Source of the DNA: Alphaproteobacteria bacterium
GTDB taxonomy: Bacteria > Pseudomonadota > Alphaproteobacteria > UBA9219 > RFNS01
Assembly: GCA_009927055.1 (NCBI GenBank)
Contig: RFNS01000252.1
Location: 1-56,130 of the forward strand
DNA: 56,130 bases
Direction: 5' to 3'
A program made the translations under genes and the position numbers. Positions 36,842 through 46,494 of this stretch are shown here, one piece after another; position 1 is the first letter of the stretch; every line of letters begins with the position of its first letter. Under the pieces are notes generated by a model that saw only the letters and a program-made list of their open reading frames with translations, had not been told where the DNA came from and ran no database searches.

Positions 36842-39394
36842 CTAGCGTGATGTATCGCCAAACAGGCGGCGGCGCAGGCCCAGGCCGCGTTCGCGCGCGG
36901 CGTCTTCTAAATGAGGGGGCAGCTGAAGATCGGCCGCCTCAATCACAATTTCTTTGCGCTTGATCACCGACCAATCGCCCGCCATGCGGCCAATCGCGGC
37001 GTGATGTTGCCCATAATAAGGTGTCACGGCGCCTGCGCTGATGCCGTCGCCGCCATTGCCTGCCAGGCCATCGCCCGCCTGAACAGGTTCAGGCATGCCG
37101 GTGATAGGGTTGATGACCATGGGCCGCACCTGATCGATGGGCTGACCAGAAACAGTTTGTTTGGCATGCTGGCTGACATGAGCATGACCGCCCGCCCCGC
37201 CACCCGCCATGCCAGGAATGCCAAAGTGACCGCCTGCAATAATATCTTGCACCTTGCCTTCGTCACCCTCACGCAAGGGGTGCGAGGTAGCGATTTTCAC
37301 CTTCGACCGGCCAAGCATGATGCGTTCCTGTTCGGCGTGCGCGGCGGCTTGGCGCTGCTGCGTGGCCAGTTCCATTAACCCACCCACGGCAATGGCCCCC
37401 GCTTCGGTGGCCGATTTATTTTGCGCCAGCGCCGTTTCAAATGCGTGGTTGAGGGCCGCAAATTCAGGTGGTGCTTCGGTCAGTGCGGGTGAAGCAGTCT
37501 CGGCGGTCCAGTCGGGGTCTTTCAGTTGCAGGGTTAAATCATCAACAATTTTTTCGCGGGCCGAGGTTGCCTGCGTAAAACCAGGCACAGGCAAAAAGCG
37601 ATGCACGCGCATGGCGGCCGTTTTTTCGGGCACGCAGTGCAGAAGCCGCGCGCGGATCAGCTGCTCTTGCACAAAGATATAGGCTTGCCCCTCGCGCTGT
37701 TTGCGAAGGTGATCATAAGAAATGCGCTGGCGCACGTTCAACGAAATACTGCGATCATCCATATAGTTTTCATTGCTGAAAATGCTGGCCACATTGCTTT
37801 GCGGGGCGGTATAGCCCTTTGTTTCCATCACCCACTCGTGACCCGCGTGTTTATCCAGAAAGTCTTTGGTGTCCAGCGGGTCTTCGATCTTCCCAAAAAT
37901 TTTAATGTTACAGTTACCCACAATCGATCGCGCTTCCTGCTTCACGCGGCGTTCCATCGCCGCCAAATCCTGCGCGGCGAACACAAGGCTGAAACCGAGT
38001 GAGCGCGCCTGCGCCGCCATCACGTTCATGCCGGGGGCTGTATAATAACCCACCTCGTCGAACACGGTCATATAGCTGTTGGCCGAACGTGTTTGCTTGG
38101 TGCCAATCGCTTCTTCCCAGCTGCCTTCCACCGAGGCGCCAAGGGTTGACCCCATCATGCCCTTCAGCCCCGCCACCACAATTTTACCCAGGTTGGCCGC
38201 TTCATCCAACGCCTTTTCAAGCGCGGGGATCAGCACAATAAGAATGCGGCGGTTCAACACCACGTCGATCACATCGATATCGGCCAGCTGCGCTTTGAAG
38301 ATATAGTGATATTCATCGGCCAGCGATTGCAGCGAGCGTGTAAACTGCATCGACAAATAACCATGCTGCTGGCGCGCCACCTGCAAATCGTACATGGGCT
38401 GATCGGGGCTGGGTGGTTTTTCGTTCCCGTCATCATCGAACGCGGCATCAATATATCCAGGCAGGGTTTGCAGATACCCCTGAAGACCGCGAATAATCCG
38501 CTCTGGCAGCTTGGCATTGCGGCTGAGTTTAATAATGGGGCCCAGTTCCAGGTTATCGCGCACCGTGCCAATATCCATCAGCAGGCCTTCGTGATCGCGC
38601 ATATAGGTGAGAGCAGGCATCAGGGCGAACATCAGGGCGGTCGCACGCTCTTTCCACATGGCGTTATCGCCGCCGGCATCGGGCATCAAGCTGATAATCA
38701 TGTTGGCAAGAAACGATGACGAGCCGTTGGCAAACGGATTCATGGTGTTGGAAAGCGCCGCATCATCGCTGTTGCCGGTCATATAGTTCAAAATCAGCAG
38801 GTCATCATCGCGGCCAAAGCGGCGGGCGAGCGCATAAAGCGATGCCCACAAATCGGTATCGGCCTTACCATCGACATACACAAACCCCGAACCCCACGTG
38901 AGCGCGTTCGACACAAGTGACTTTAACCCCTCGGTTTTACCGGCGCCGGTTGTCCCCAGATATAAGAAGTGGGTTCGCGCATCGTTATTGCTCACCCAAA
39001 TCTCCTGCCCTGTTTCCTCACAGGTGCCCATGTATAAAATGCCCTCGGCTTTGCCGGCGCCGCCTTTGCCGGGGGGAGGGTTGTTGGGGTCTTTCAGCTT
39101 ATCGCCGGCGGTGGCCGGAATTTTCCACGGCAGCTTGAACGTGCGCTTATCGGCCCAGCCATAGTACATAAGGGCGCATAGAAAAATAAAATCGGTCGAG
39201 TTGAGCACCCACGTAAAAGATTCGGCGAACGGCGGGACGATGGGAAGAAAGGCCACACCCAACCCCACAAACATCAACAGCGCGCCCACAACCTCGAACT
39301 TGCCGAAGTAATCGGCCAGCTTGACATAAACGGGGCGCGGATCCTTAAGGAGCCACGCCTGGCGCACTTGCATTTTATGGACGGGCGTTGCCAT
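36842..39394 (-). CDS. icmO: Type IVB secretion coupling protein, DotL/IcmO-like ATPase
   Basis: 850 aa with two N-terminal TM segments, a Walker A (LGTTGAGKTE) and a Walker B-like VFDEVGYY. Several blocks match my memory of Legionella DotL: WVSNNDARTHFLYLGTTGAGKTEGL, GSGFVYVDGKADTDL, DDLLILNYMTG, VLNRRILIVLIPALEK and AQARSLGFSLVFAAQDL. Confidence 0.75.
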   Translation of the reverse strand: MATPVHKMQVRQAWLLKDPRPVYVKLADYFGKFEVVGALLMFVGLGVAFLPIVPPFAESFTWVLNSTDFIFLCALMYYGWADKRTFKLPWKIPATAGDKLKDPNNPPPGKGGAGKAEGILYMGTCEETGQEIWVSNNDARTHFLYLGTTGAGKTEGLKSLVSNALTWGSGFVYVDGKADTDLWASLYALARRFGRDDDLLILNYMTGNSDDAALSNTMNPFANGSSSFLANMIISLMPDAGGDNAMWKERATALMFALMPALTYMRDHEGLLMDIGTVRDNLELGPIIKLSRNAKLPERIIRGLQGYLQTLPGYIDAAFDDDGNEKPPSPDQPMYDLQVARQQHGYLSMQFTRSLQSLADEYHYIFKAQLADIDVIDVVLNRRILIVLIPALEKALDEAANLGKIVVAGLKGMMGSTLGASVEGSWEEAIGTKQTRSANSYMTVFDEVGYYTAPGMNVMAAQARSLGFSLVFAAQDLAAMERRVKQEARSIVGNCNIKIFGKIEDPLDTKDFLDKHAGHEWVMETKGYTAPQSNVASIFSNENYMDDRSISLNVRQRISYDHLRKQREGQAYIFVQEQLIRARLLHCVPEKTAAMRVHRFLPVPGFTQATSAREKIVDDLTLQLKDPDWTAETASPALTEAPPEFAALNHAFETALAQNKSATEAGAIAVGGLMELATQQRQAAAHAEQERIMLGRSKVKIATSHPLREGDEGKVQDIIAGGHFGIPGMAGGGAGGHAHVSQHAKQTVSGQPIDQVRPMVINPITGMPEPVQAGDGLAGNGGDGISAGAVTPYYGQHHAAIGRMAGDWSVIKRKEIVIEAADLQLPPHLEDAARERGLGLRRRLFGDTSR

Positions 39395-39513
39395 ATCTGC
39401 GATGTCCTCTTTAGCTATCTGCCCGCGGGCAGGCCGTTAGTTAAGCAAGCGTAAACTATAATCCTTCAAACGCCAATTTTTCATTAATTTCGGTCGTGAC
39501 TCACTTTGAGTGA

Positions 39514-42384
39514 TTATCCAGCTTTTTTCCGTGGCTTCGCCTTCACCTCAACATGAGATACTTTCAAAAGCCCTTTCAGATATTGGCCGGTATAGCTGCG
39601 TTTTTCGCGGGCGACATCTTCGGGGGTGCCGGTGGCCAAAATCTCGCCGCCGCCATCGCCGCCTTCGGGGCCCAAATCAATCACCCAATCGGCCGTTTTG
39701 ATCACTTCCAGGTTGTGTTCAATCACCAGCACGGTGTTGCCCGTCTCGACCAGCGAATGCAGCACATCCAGCAGCTGGCGCACGTCATCGAAATGCAAAC
39801 CGGTGGTGGGTTCATCGAGAATATAAAGTGTTTTGCCTGTTGCACGGCGCGAGAGTTCCTTGGCCAGCTTCACGCGCTGCGCCTCGCCGCCCGAAAGCGT
39901 GGTGGCCGGCTGCCCAATTTTGATATAGCCCAACCCCACCTGATGCAGCGTTTCAAGCTTGCCGCGTATCAGCGGAATGTTGGCGAAAAAGCCCACGCCT
40001 TCTTCCACCGTCATATCCAAAACATCGGCGATGCTTTTGGTGTTATATTTCACCTCCAGCGTTTCGCGATTATAGCGCTGGCCGTTGCATTCATCGCACG
40101 TCACATAAACATCGGGCAGAAAGTGCATGGCGATTTTGATCACGCCATCGCCCTGACACGCCTCGCACCGGCCACCTTTCACGTTAAAGGAGAAACGCCC
40201 AGGGCCATAGCCGCGCGTCTTCGCCTCAGGCAGGCCGGCAAACCAATCACGAATGGGCGTAAAGGCGCCCGTGTAGGTGGCGGGGTTGCTGCGCGGCGTG
40301 CGGCCAATGGGTGATTGATCAATATCAATAATTTTATCGAGGTGGTGAACGCCGCGAATGGCCTGGTGTTCGGCTCCACTCTCGCGGCTGCCGTTCAGCG
40401 TTTTGTTCAGCGCCTTATAAAGCGTTTCGATAATCAAGGTGCTTTTGCCGCTACCCGACACACCCGTGACACAGCAGAATGTGCCCATAGGAATTTTGGT
40501 GGAAACATTTTTAAGGTTGTTGGCTTTGGCGCCCACAACCTCCAGCCATTTGCCGTTGCCCATGCGGCGTTCGGCCGGCACGGCAATAGTGCGACGACCG
40601 CTGAGATATTGTCCGGTTAAACTGTGGCTGGCTTTGGCAATATCGGCGGAGGTTCCTGTCGCAATCACCTTGCCGCCGTGCACGCCAGCACCCGGCCCAA
40701 TATCGATGACATGATCAGCGGCGCGAATGGCATCTTCATCGTGTTCCACCACAATCACCGTGTTGCCAATATCGCGCAGGTGCTTCAGCGTTTCCAGCAG
40801 GCGATCATTATCGCGCTGATGCAGGCCGATGGATGGTTCATCCAGCACATACAGCACGCCCGTCAGCCCCGCCCCGATTTGTGATGCCAAACGAATGCGC
40901 TGGCTTTCACCGCCCGAAAGCGTGCCCGCCTGGCGCGAGAGCGTGAGATAATCCAGCCCCACGTTCACAAGAAACCCCAGACGCATGTTGATTTCTTTCA
41001 GAATGCGCGTGGCAATTTCATTGTGCTTGGCCGAGAGTTTTTTGGGCAGGCCTGTAAACCATTCCTGCGCCGCGCGAATAGAAAATTGTGAGACGTTATG
41101 AATATTCAACCCCGCCACTTTCACGGCCAGGGCTTCAGGCTTCAGGCGCTGGGCATCGCACGCGGGGCAGCGTTTGGCCTCTTGAAATTTTCCCAGCTCC
41201 TCGCGCATCCAATCGCTGCCTGTTTCGGTAAAACGGCGAGCCAGGTTGGGGATGACCCCTTCAAACGGGCGGTTGGTGTGGTATCGCCGCGCTTCATCTG
41301 AAAAATCGATTTTAACATTGGCGCCCTTGCTGCCGTGCAAAATCACCTGACGCAGCTGCTCGGGCAAATCTTTCCACGGGGTGTTCATGCTGCTTTTGTA
41401 AAGGCGGCAAATACTTTGCAGCGTTTGTGTGTAAAAGTATGCGCTGGGGTCTTTCCACGGCGCAATGGCACCATCAGCCAGCGAGAGAGTGATATCGGGG
41501 ATCACCAGATCTTCCGTAAATTCCAACTGCTCGCCAAGGCCACTGCAGGTGGGGCAGGCGCCATGCGGATTGTTGAACGAAAAAAGCCGCGGCTCGATCT
41601 CAGGAATGGTGAAGCCCGAAACAGGGCACGCAAACCGCGATGAAAACAGGGTGATTTTTCCTGTCTCGACATCTTCCACTTCGCACAAACCATCGCCCAG
41701 GCGCAGCGCCGTCTCCACACTATCGGCCAGGCGGTTGCCCAAATCAGGGCCCATGACCAGCCTGTCAATCACCACCGAAATATCATGTTTCAATTTTTTA
41801 TTCAGGGTGGGAATATCATCCAGCTCCACCACCTTGCCATCAATTTTGGCGCGCTGATAACCCTGGCGGCGCATCTCCATCAACTCTTGCCGATATTCGC
41901 CTTTGCGTCCGCGCGCAATGGGGGCCAGCAGCAGAATTTTGGCGCCATCCTTCAGCGTCTTTAACCTGTCCACCATCTGTGTCACGGTCTGGCTTTCAAT
42001 GGGTTTGCCGGTGGCGGGTGAATAGGGCACGCCAATGCGCGCAAAAAGCAGGCGTAAATAATCATAAATTTCGGTCACCGTGCCCACGGTCGATCGTGGA
42101 TTTTTGCTGGTGGTTTTTTGCTCAATCGAAATGGCGGGGCTTAAACCATCGATGCTGTCCACATCGGGCTTTTGCTGCATTTCCAAAAATTGGCGCGCAT
42201 AGGCCGAAAGACTTTCAACATAACGGCGCTGCCCTTCGGCATAGATCGTATCAAACGCCAGCGATGATTTGCCCGAACCCGAAAGCCCCGTAATGACCAC
42301 CAACTTATTTTTGGGGATCGTCACATCAATATTTTTCAGGTTATGGGTGCGCGCGCCGCGCACAATGATGTTGGTCAGGCTCAT
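39514..42384 (-). CDS. uvrA: Excinuclease ABC subunit A
   Basis: 956 aa. N-terminal [37 protein letters not shown], two ABC modules ([24 protein letters not shown]) and zinc-finger Cys clusters. Confidence 0.96.
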   Translation of the reverse strand: MSLTNIIVRGARTHNLKNIDVTIPKNKLVVITGLSGSGKSSLAFDTIYAEGQRRYVESLSAYARQFLEMQQKPDVDSIDGLSPAISIEQKTTSKNPRSTVGTVTEIYDYLRLLFARIGVPYSPATGKPIESQTVTQMVDRLKTLKDGAKILLLAPIARGRKGEYRQELMEMRRQGYQRAKIDGKVVELDDIPTLNKKLKHDISVVIDRLVMGPDLGNRLADSVETALRLGDGLCEVEDVETGKITLFSSRFACPVSGFTIPEIEPRLFSFNNPHGACPTCSGLGEQLEFTEDLVIPDITLSLADGAIAPWKDPSAYFYTQTLQSICRLYKSSMNTPWKDLPEQLRQVILHGSKGANVKIDFSDEARRYHTNRPFEGVIPNLARRFTETGSDWMREELGKFQEAKRCPACDAQRLKPEALAVKVAGLNIHNVSQFSIRAAQEWFTGLPKKLSAKHNEIATRILKEINMRLGFLVNVGLDYLTLSRQAGTLSGGESQRIRLASQIGAGLTGVLYVLDEPSIGLHQRDNDRLLETLKHLRDIGNTVIVVEHDEDAIRAADHVIDIGPGAGVHGGKVIATGTSADIAKASHSLTGQYLSGRRTIAVPAERRMGNGKWLEVVGAKANNLKNVSTKIPMGTFCCVTGVSGSGKSTLIIETLYKALNKTLNGSRESGAEHQAIRGVHHLDKIIDIDQSPIGRTPRSNPATYTGAFTPIRDWFAGLPEAKTRGYGPGRFSFNVKGGRCEACQGDGVIKIAMHFLPDVYVTCDECNGQRYNRETLEVKYNTKSIADVLDMTVEEGVGFFANIPLIRGKLETLHQVGLGYIKIGQPATTLSGGEAQRVKLAKELSRRATGKTLYILDEPTTGLHFDDVRQLLDVLHSLVETGNTVLVIEHNLEVIKTADWVIDLGPEGGDGGGEILATGTPEDVAREKRSYTGQYLKGLLKVSHVEVKAKPRKKAG

Positions 42385-42494
42385 GGCCTTTTATATGGCG
42401 CCAAAAAGCCGCCTGTACAAGCGGCCCCCTCATGCCATGATGGCCGACAGGGCCTGGGGCTTTTCTCTGACCAAAAATAACGTATGATACGCGC

Positions 42495-43442
42495 ATGACG
42501 AAAATCATCACCATCTTTGGCGGCACGGGGTTTGTGGGCCGATCGATTGTTAAACGGCTGGCCCAGGCAGGATACACGGTGCGTGTGCCCACCCGCACGC
42601 TCGATGATGCTCTGCGCCTGAAAACAGCGGGGGCAGTGGGACAAGTGGTGCCCATGCTCTTATCGCACACCGATGACGCCAGTCTGCAGCGGCTCATCGC
42701 CGGCTCTGATGCGGTGATCAATTGCATTGGCATTTTATATGAGCGCGGGCGGCAAAAGTTTGATCATATTCATCACCGCTTACCACAGCGCATGGCCGCC
42801 GTGGCGCAGCATGAAAATGTGCGGCGGTTTATCCACCTCTCGGCGCTGGGGGCCAGCATTACCAGCAAAAGCCGTTATGCCCGCAGCAAGGCCGAGGGCG
42901 AGGCCGCCGTGCGCAGCGCTTTTCCGCGCGCCACCCTTCTGCGCCCCAGTGTTATTTTCGGGGCCGATGACAATTTCTTGAATATGTTTGCGGGTCTGGC
43001 CAAATTTTTGCCTGCCCTACCGCTGATTGGTGGCGGCAAAACCCGTTTTCAGCCCATTTATGTGGGTGATGTGGCGGCGGCCGCAGAAGCCTGCCTGAAC
43101 GCCGACAAAACATGCGGCCGTATTTATGAACTTGGCGGCCCCGCCACCTACAGCTTCAAAGAGTTGCTGCACTATACGCTGCAGCAAACAGGCACGCCCC
43201 GCGCGCTGGTGCCGCTTCCCTTTGCGCTGGCTAAAATTCAGGCGTTTTTTCTGTCGCTTTTGCCCACACCGCTGCTCACCCCCGATCAGGTTGAGTTGCT
43301 GAAAACCGATAATGTGGTCTCGGCGCAGGCCAACACCCTGGCCGATCTGGGCCTTCAGCCCCAGGCACTAGAGGTGTTGGCGCCCACATGGTTGCGCCGC
43401 TTTCGTCCTGGTGGCATGATATCGGCCAGATCGTTCTCATGA
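42495..43442 (+). CDS. NDUFA9-like NAD(P)-binding atypical SDR
   Basis: N-terminal Rossmann motif ITIFGGTGFVGRSIVKRL. The 315-aa length and overall pattern match complex I NDUFA9-family proteins common in alphaproteobacteria. Confidence 0.7.
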   Translation: MTKIITIFGGTGFVGRSIVKRLAQAGYTVRVPTRTLDDALRLKTAGAVGQVVPMLLSHTDDASLQRLIAGSDAVINCIGILYERGRQKFDHIHHRLPQRMAAVAQHENVRRFIHLSALGASITSKSRYARSKAEGEAAVRSAFPRATLLRPSVIFGADDNFLNMFAGLAKFLPALPLIGGGKTRFQPIYVGDVAAAAEACLNADKTCGRIYELGGPATYSFKELLHYTLQQTGTPRALVPLPFALAKIQAFFLSLLPTPLLTPDQVELLKTDNVVSAQANTLADLGLQPQALEVLAPTWLRRFRPGGMISARSFS

Positions 43443-43645
43443 ATGACGCGCCCAAACTCAGCACAACCGACGCGGACGAAACCCCGCCACCCCCTAGCAG
43501 CTATATGCGTCGACGCAGCTTTGCCGAAGATCGCTTCCGCCGCATCGAAGATGTGCGCGAACGCTGGATTTTAACAGGCATCATCACGCTCGTGGGCCTG
43601 GCCATGGCCATTTATGTCTCTATCTCGCTGTCGCTGCCGGGTTAA
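43439..43645 (+). CDS. Small single-pass membrane protein (68 aa), translationally coupled
   Basis: The ATG at 43439 overlaps the upstream stop (ATGA). C-terminal TM helix ILTGIITLVGLAMAIYVSISL. Confidence 0.5.
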   Translation: MNDAPKLSTTDADETPPPPSSYMRRRSFAEDRFRRIEDVRERWILTGIITLVGLAMAIYVSISLSLPG

Positions 43646-43706
43646 ATTTCCCAACGTCAGCGCGTAAATTTACAATCAACCGCGCACCGTCTATATACCC
43701 CCCTGT

Positions 43707-43796
43707 GGAGAGGTGGCAGAGCGGTTGAATGCGGCGGTCTCGAAAACCGTTAGAGGTGCAAGCCTCTCGAGGGTTCGAATCCCTCCCTCTCCGCCA
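43707..43796 (+). tRNA. tRNA-Ser (anticodon CGA)
   Basis: GGAGAGGTGGCAGAGCGGTTGAATGCGGCGGTCTCGAAAACCGTTAGAGGTGCAAGCCTCTCGAGGGTTCGAATCCCTCCCTCTCCGCCA has a long variable arm, a CTCGAAA anticodon loop and an encoded CCA. Confidence 0.9.
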
Positions 43797-43868
43797 GCAT
43801 GGGTCATGTTGGTTGTGCAGGTCGGGCGATAGCCCATGCACCCGCAGCGCACCAACGCACGTCTCTTG

Positions 43869-45242
43869 TCAACGGTGAGCATTCTCCCGCCGCAAGCCCT
43901 TCAGCGCCTCGGCCACCAGAAAGGCCAGCTCAAGCGCCTGTGTCGCGTTCAGGCGCGGATCGCAGTGGGTTTGATAACGCGCCGCCAGATCTGATTCAGA
44001 AATCTGATACCCACCGCCCACACATTCGGTCACATCTTGCCCTGTCATTTCAAGGTGAAGGCCGCCCGGATAAACACCTTCAGCGTGACAGGCATGAAAA
44101 AACGCTTTTACCTCTGACAGAATGCGATCGAAGCTGCGCGTCTTCAACCCGTTTTGCGTGGTCGATGTATTGCCGTGCATGGGGTCACTGCACCATACCA
44201 CGGCCTTGCCCGCAGCCTTCACAGCGCGCAGCAGTGGGGGCAGTTTCTCGGCCACTTTATCATCGCCCATGCGCGCAATCAGTGTCAGGCGGCCGGGCTT
44301 GTTCTGGGGGTTCAGCACATCAATCAGCCGCAGCAATTCATCTGTGCCCATGGTTGGCCCGCATTTCAGGCCAATGGGGTTGTGCACCCCGCGCATAAAT
44401 TCGACATGCGCGCCATCCAGCTGGCGTGTGCGATCGCCAATCCACAACATATGCGCCGAGACATCATACCAATCGCCCGAGGTGCTATCGACGCGCGTCA
44501 AGGCTTCTTCATAATTCAGCAACAATGCCTCGTGTGCCGTGAAAAAATTTGTTTCGCGTATTTCGGCCACCGTATCGCCCGTAATGTTGCACGCCGCCAT
44601 AAAGGCCAACGTTTCATCAATGCGTCCGGCCAAATCTTCATATCGCTTGGCCTGCGGATGGCCTGAAAGAAAGTTCAAATTCCAGCGATGCACCTCATGC
44701 AAATCAGCATAACCGCCCTGGGCAAAGGCGCGCAGCAAATTAAGCGTGGCGGCCGATTGATGATACACCTCGATCATACGTTGCGGATCGGGCACGCGCG
44801 ATTGGGGCGTAAATTCCAACCCATTAATAATATCGCCCCTGTAACTGGGCAGCGTCACATCACCGCGCGTTTCCACATCGCTGCTGCGGGGCTTGGCAAA
44901 CTGCCCCCCCATGCGCCCCACCTTCACCACACGCGTGGCGCCGCCGAATGTCAGCACCACCGCCATTTGCAAAATCACACGAAACGTATCGCGGATGGTG
45001 TTGGCCGAAAATTCGCTAAAACTCTCGGCGCAATCGCCTCCCATGAACAAAAAGGCGTTGCCCTCTGTCACCTTGGCCAGCGCCTTGCGCAGCTGCCGCG
45101 CCTCGCCCGCAAACACCAGGGGCGGCAATCGCGATAACCTTGCCTCGGCCGCCTGAAGTTTGGCCGCATCAGGGTAAAGTGGCAGTTGCGATATGGGTTT
45201 CGATCGCCAGCTAGTGGGCGACCATGAATGCGAACCTGTCAT
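43869..45242 (-). CDS. Class II 3-deoxy-7-phosphoheptulonate (DAHP) synthase
   Basis: 457 aa. N-terminal [20 protein letters not shown], then GGDCAESF, and the overall plant/actinobacterial-type class II pattern. Confidence 0.88.
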   Translation of the reverse strand: MTGSHSWSPTSWRSKPISQLPLYPDAAKLQAAEARLSRLPPLVFAGEARQLRKALAKVTEGNAFLFMGGDCAESFSEFSANTIRDTFRVILQMAVVLTFGGATRVVKVGRMGGQFAKPRSSDVETRGDVTLPSYRGDIINGLEFTPQSRVPDPQRMIEVYHQSAATLNLLRAFAQGGYADLHEVHRWNLNFLSGHPQAKRYEDLAGRIDETLAFMAACNITGDTVAEIRETNFFTAHEALLLNYEEALTRVDSTSGDWYDVSAHMLWIGDRTRQLDGAHVEFMRGVHNPIGLKCGPTMGTDELLRLIDVLNPQNKPGRLTLIARMGDDKVAEKLPPLLRAVKAAGKAVVWCSDPMHGNTSTTQNGLKTRSFDRILSEVKAFFHACHAEGVYPGGLHLEMTGQDVTECVGGGYQISESDLAARYQTHCDPRLNATQALELAFLVAEALKGLRRENAHR

Positions 45243-45261
45243 GCTGGTTAATCTGCCCCAA

Positions 45262-45297
45262 AAATGTGTGAAAAGAAAGGCGCCCGTTGGCGGCGCC
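45262..45297 (-). terminator. Hairpin plus T-rich tail between a small ORF and the DAHP synthase start
   Basis: On the minus strand: GGCGCC-gccaacg-GGCGCC followed by TTTCTTTTCACACATTTTT. The tail ends about 20 nt before ATG 45242. Confidence 0.45.
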
Positions 45298-45310
45298 GCA
45301 ACCGCAAGGC

Positions 45311-45415
45311 TTATCGCTGCTTAACTTCGGCAACAATCAGCACCAGCGGTTTGCGCTTTTTGGGCCATATCAGCGTTGCTACTGTGAGAGCCAAGATGGT
45401 GCAGATCAGTTCCAT
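45311..45415 (-). CDS. Possible 34-aa hydrophobic microprotein
   Basis: Manual translation gives [34 protein letters not shown]-stop. There is no convincing SD. It is followed by the hairpin at 45262-45297. Confidence 0.2.
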   Translation of the reverse strand: MELICTILALTVATLIWPKKRKPLVLIVAEVKQR

Positions 45416-45444
45416 ACTTTGATCGTATCAAATGATCATGGTTA

Positions 45445-46167
45445 ATGCCTCAACGATCAATATTTTCGCGCCTTTTTAAGAGAAAATTTATTTTCTCCAC
45501 ACTTTTGCCTGAATGTTTCTTCATAACCATTCTTATGAAAACCCCAGCCATTCAAAAACTCCAACTTGAACGTCGCATCATTTCCGGCGCGGCCAGAGAC
45601 ATTGCCTCAATTGAATTAAAATTGATGCTGGAGGCCGCCAAATTGGGTATGACAGCTTTTCGCAACAACCACTGTGACGGCGCCCTATCAGTTGGCGCGA
45701 TTATCACCGATGCACAATATCAAATCATCGCAACGGGATATTCACGCGAGTGGGATTCACTTCCCGATGACCCGCGCCCCCATGCCGAGGGCATTGCGAT
45801 TGCCAAAGCGTTGAACAAACTTGGTGACAATGCACCACGATTGGGAGATATGAGAGGTAGCCCCATGGTCGTTGAGCCTAGAAAACGCACTGTTCTTCCT
45901 GAAGGCTGTATAATATTCACAGGCATTGAGTGTTGTCGCCGACGCACACAATCAACCTCATGTGCTGAACGCGCGCTGAGGGCAGGTATTTCAAATTTTG
46001 TCGTGGGCATGCGTGAACCGAACACATTAGTTGAACAATGCGGCATTGAATATTTGAGGGCCGCAGGGGCAAAACCCACGCAACGCATCAGTCCTGAAAT
46101 TTATGCATTCGTGTGCGCCGCCAACCCCCACATCACCTTCCCACCTTTTGAACAGTGCATCATTTAA
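45445..46167 (+). CDS. Divergent RibD-like (cytidine/deoxycytidylate deaminase fold) zinc deaminase, AT-richer islet
   Basis: The HAE motif (RPHAEGIAIAKAL) and a Cys pair in IECCRRRTQSTSCAERALRAGISNFVVGMREPN align with the RibD pattern LEPCSHHGRTPPCxDALIxAGVxRVVxxMxDPN. An alternative start is ATG 45535 (MKTPAIQ). The TAA stop abuts the 3' end of tRNA-Leu. Confidence 0.55.
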   Translation: MPQRSIFSRLFKRKFIFSTLLPECFFITILMKTPAIQKLQLERRIISGAARDIASIELKLMLEAAKLGMTAFRNNHCDGALSVGAIITDAQYQIIATGYSREWDSLPDDPRPHAEGIAIAKALNKLGDNAPRLGDMRGSPMVVEPRKRTVLPEGCIIFTGIECCRRRTQSTSCAERALRAGISNFVVGMREPNTLVEQCGIEYLRAAGAKPTQRISPEIYAFVCAANPHITFPPFEQCII

Positions 46168-46254
46168 TGGTGCGGGCAGCCGGAATCGAACCGGCATGCT
46201 ATTGCTAGCGCAGGATTTTAAGTCCTGTGCGTCTACCTGTTCCGCCATGCCCGC
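46168..46254 (-). tRNA. tRNA-Leu (anticodon UAA)
   Basis: The reverse complement reads GCGGGCATGGCGGAACAGGTAGACGCACAGGACTTAAAATCCTGCGCTAGCAATAGCATGCCGGTTCGATTCCGGCTGCCCGCACCA. It has a long variable arm, a CTTAAAA anticodon loop and an encoded CCA. Confidence 0.9.
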
Positions 46255-46271
46255 CTGGTGCCAATGACAGA

Positions 46272-46289
46272 TCCCTGCTTTCGCAGGGA
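46272..46289. repeat. GC-rich hairpin unit (CTGC-TTTC-GCAG) between tRNA-Leu and its partial copy
   Basis: tccctgctttcgcaggga, the same design as the units at 6562-6644 and 26091-26108. Confidence 0.7.
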
Positions 46290-46333
46290 CAAAGCTTTGC
46301 TACCCTCGCTGCGCTCGGCAAGCAAGCGCTTTG

Positions 46334-46373
46334 TTTTAAGTCCTCTCGCGTCACCCTGCTCCGCCATGCCCGC
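46334..46373 (-). pseudogene. Degenerate copy of the 5' half of tRNA-Leu (5' end through the anticodon loop)
   Basis: ttttaagtcctctcgcgtcaccctgctccgccatgcccgc compared with ttttaagtcctgtgcgtctacctgttccgccatgcccgc in the intact gene (46216-46254). About 34 of 40 positions are identical, with one indel. Confidence 0.75.
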
Positions 46374-46494
46374 GCTGTTCCTTGATAAACGAAAATTTTG
46401 GCGTGGCAAATAAAGGAAACGGTAGTGGGTCAGTTTGAAAATCAATAATTGCAAAATGACTTTGCCAAAGCGGTCAAGCATGGCATGATGGGGC

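Noticed and set aside
42385-42494. SOS (LexA) box upstream of uvrA; also checked upstream of uvrD (54351-54410)
   Set aside because: Reading by eye, I found neither the alphaproteobacterial GTTC-N7-GTTC direct repeat nor the CTGT-N8-ACAG palindrome. I cannot exclude a divergent motif.
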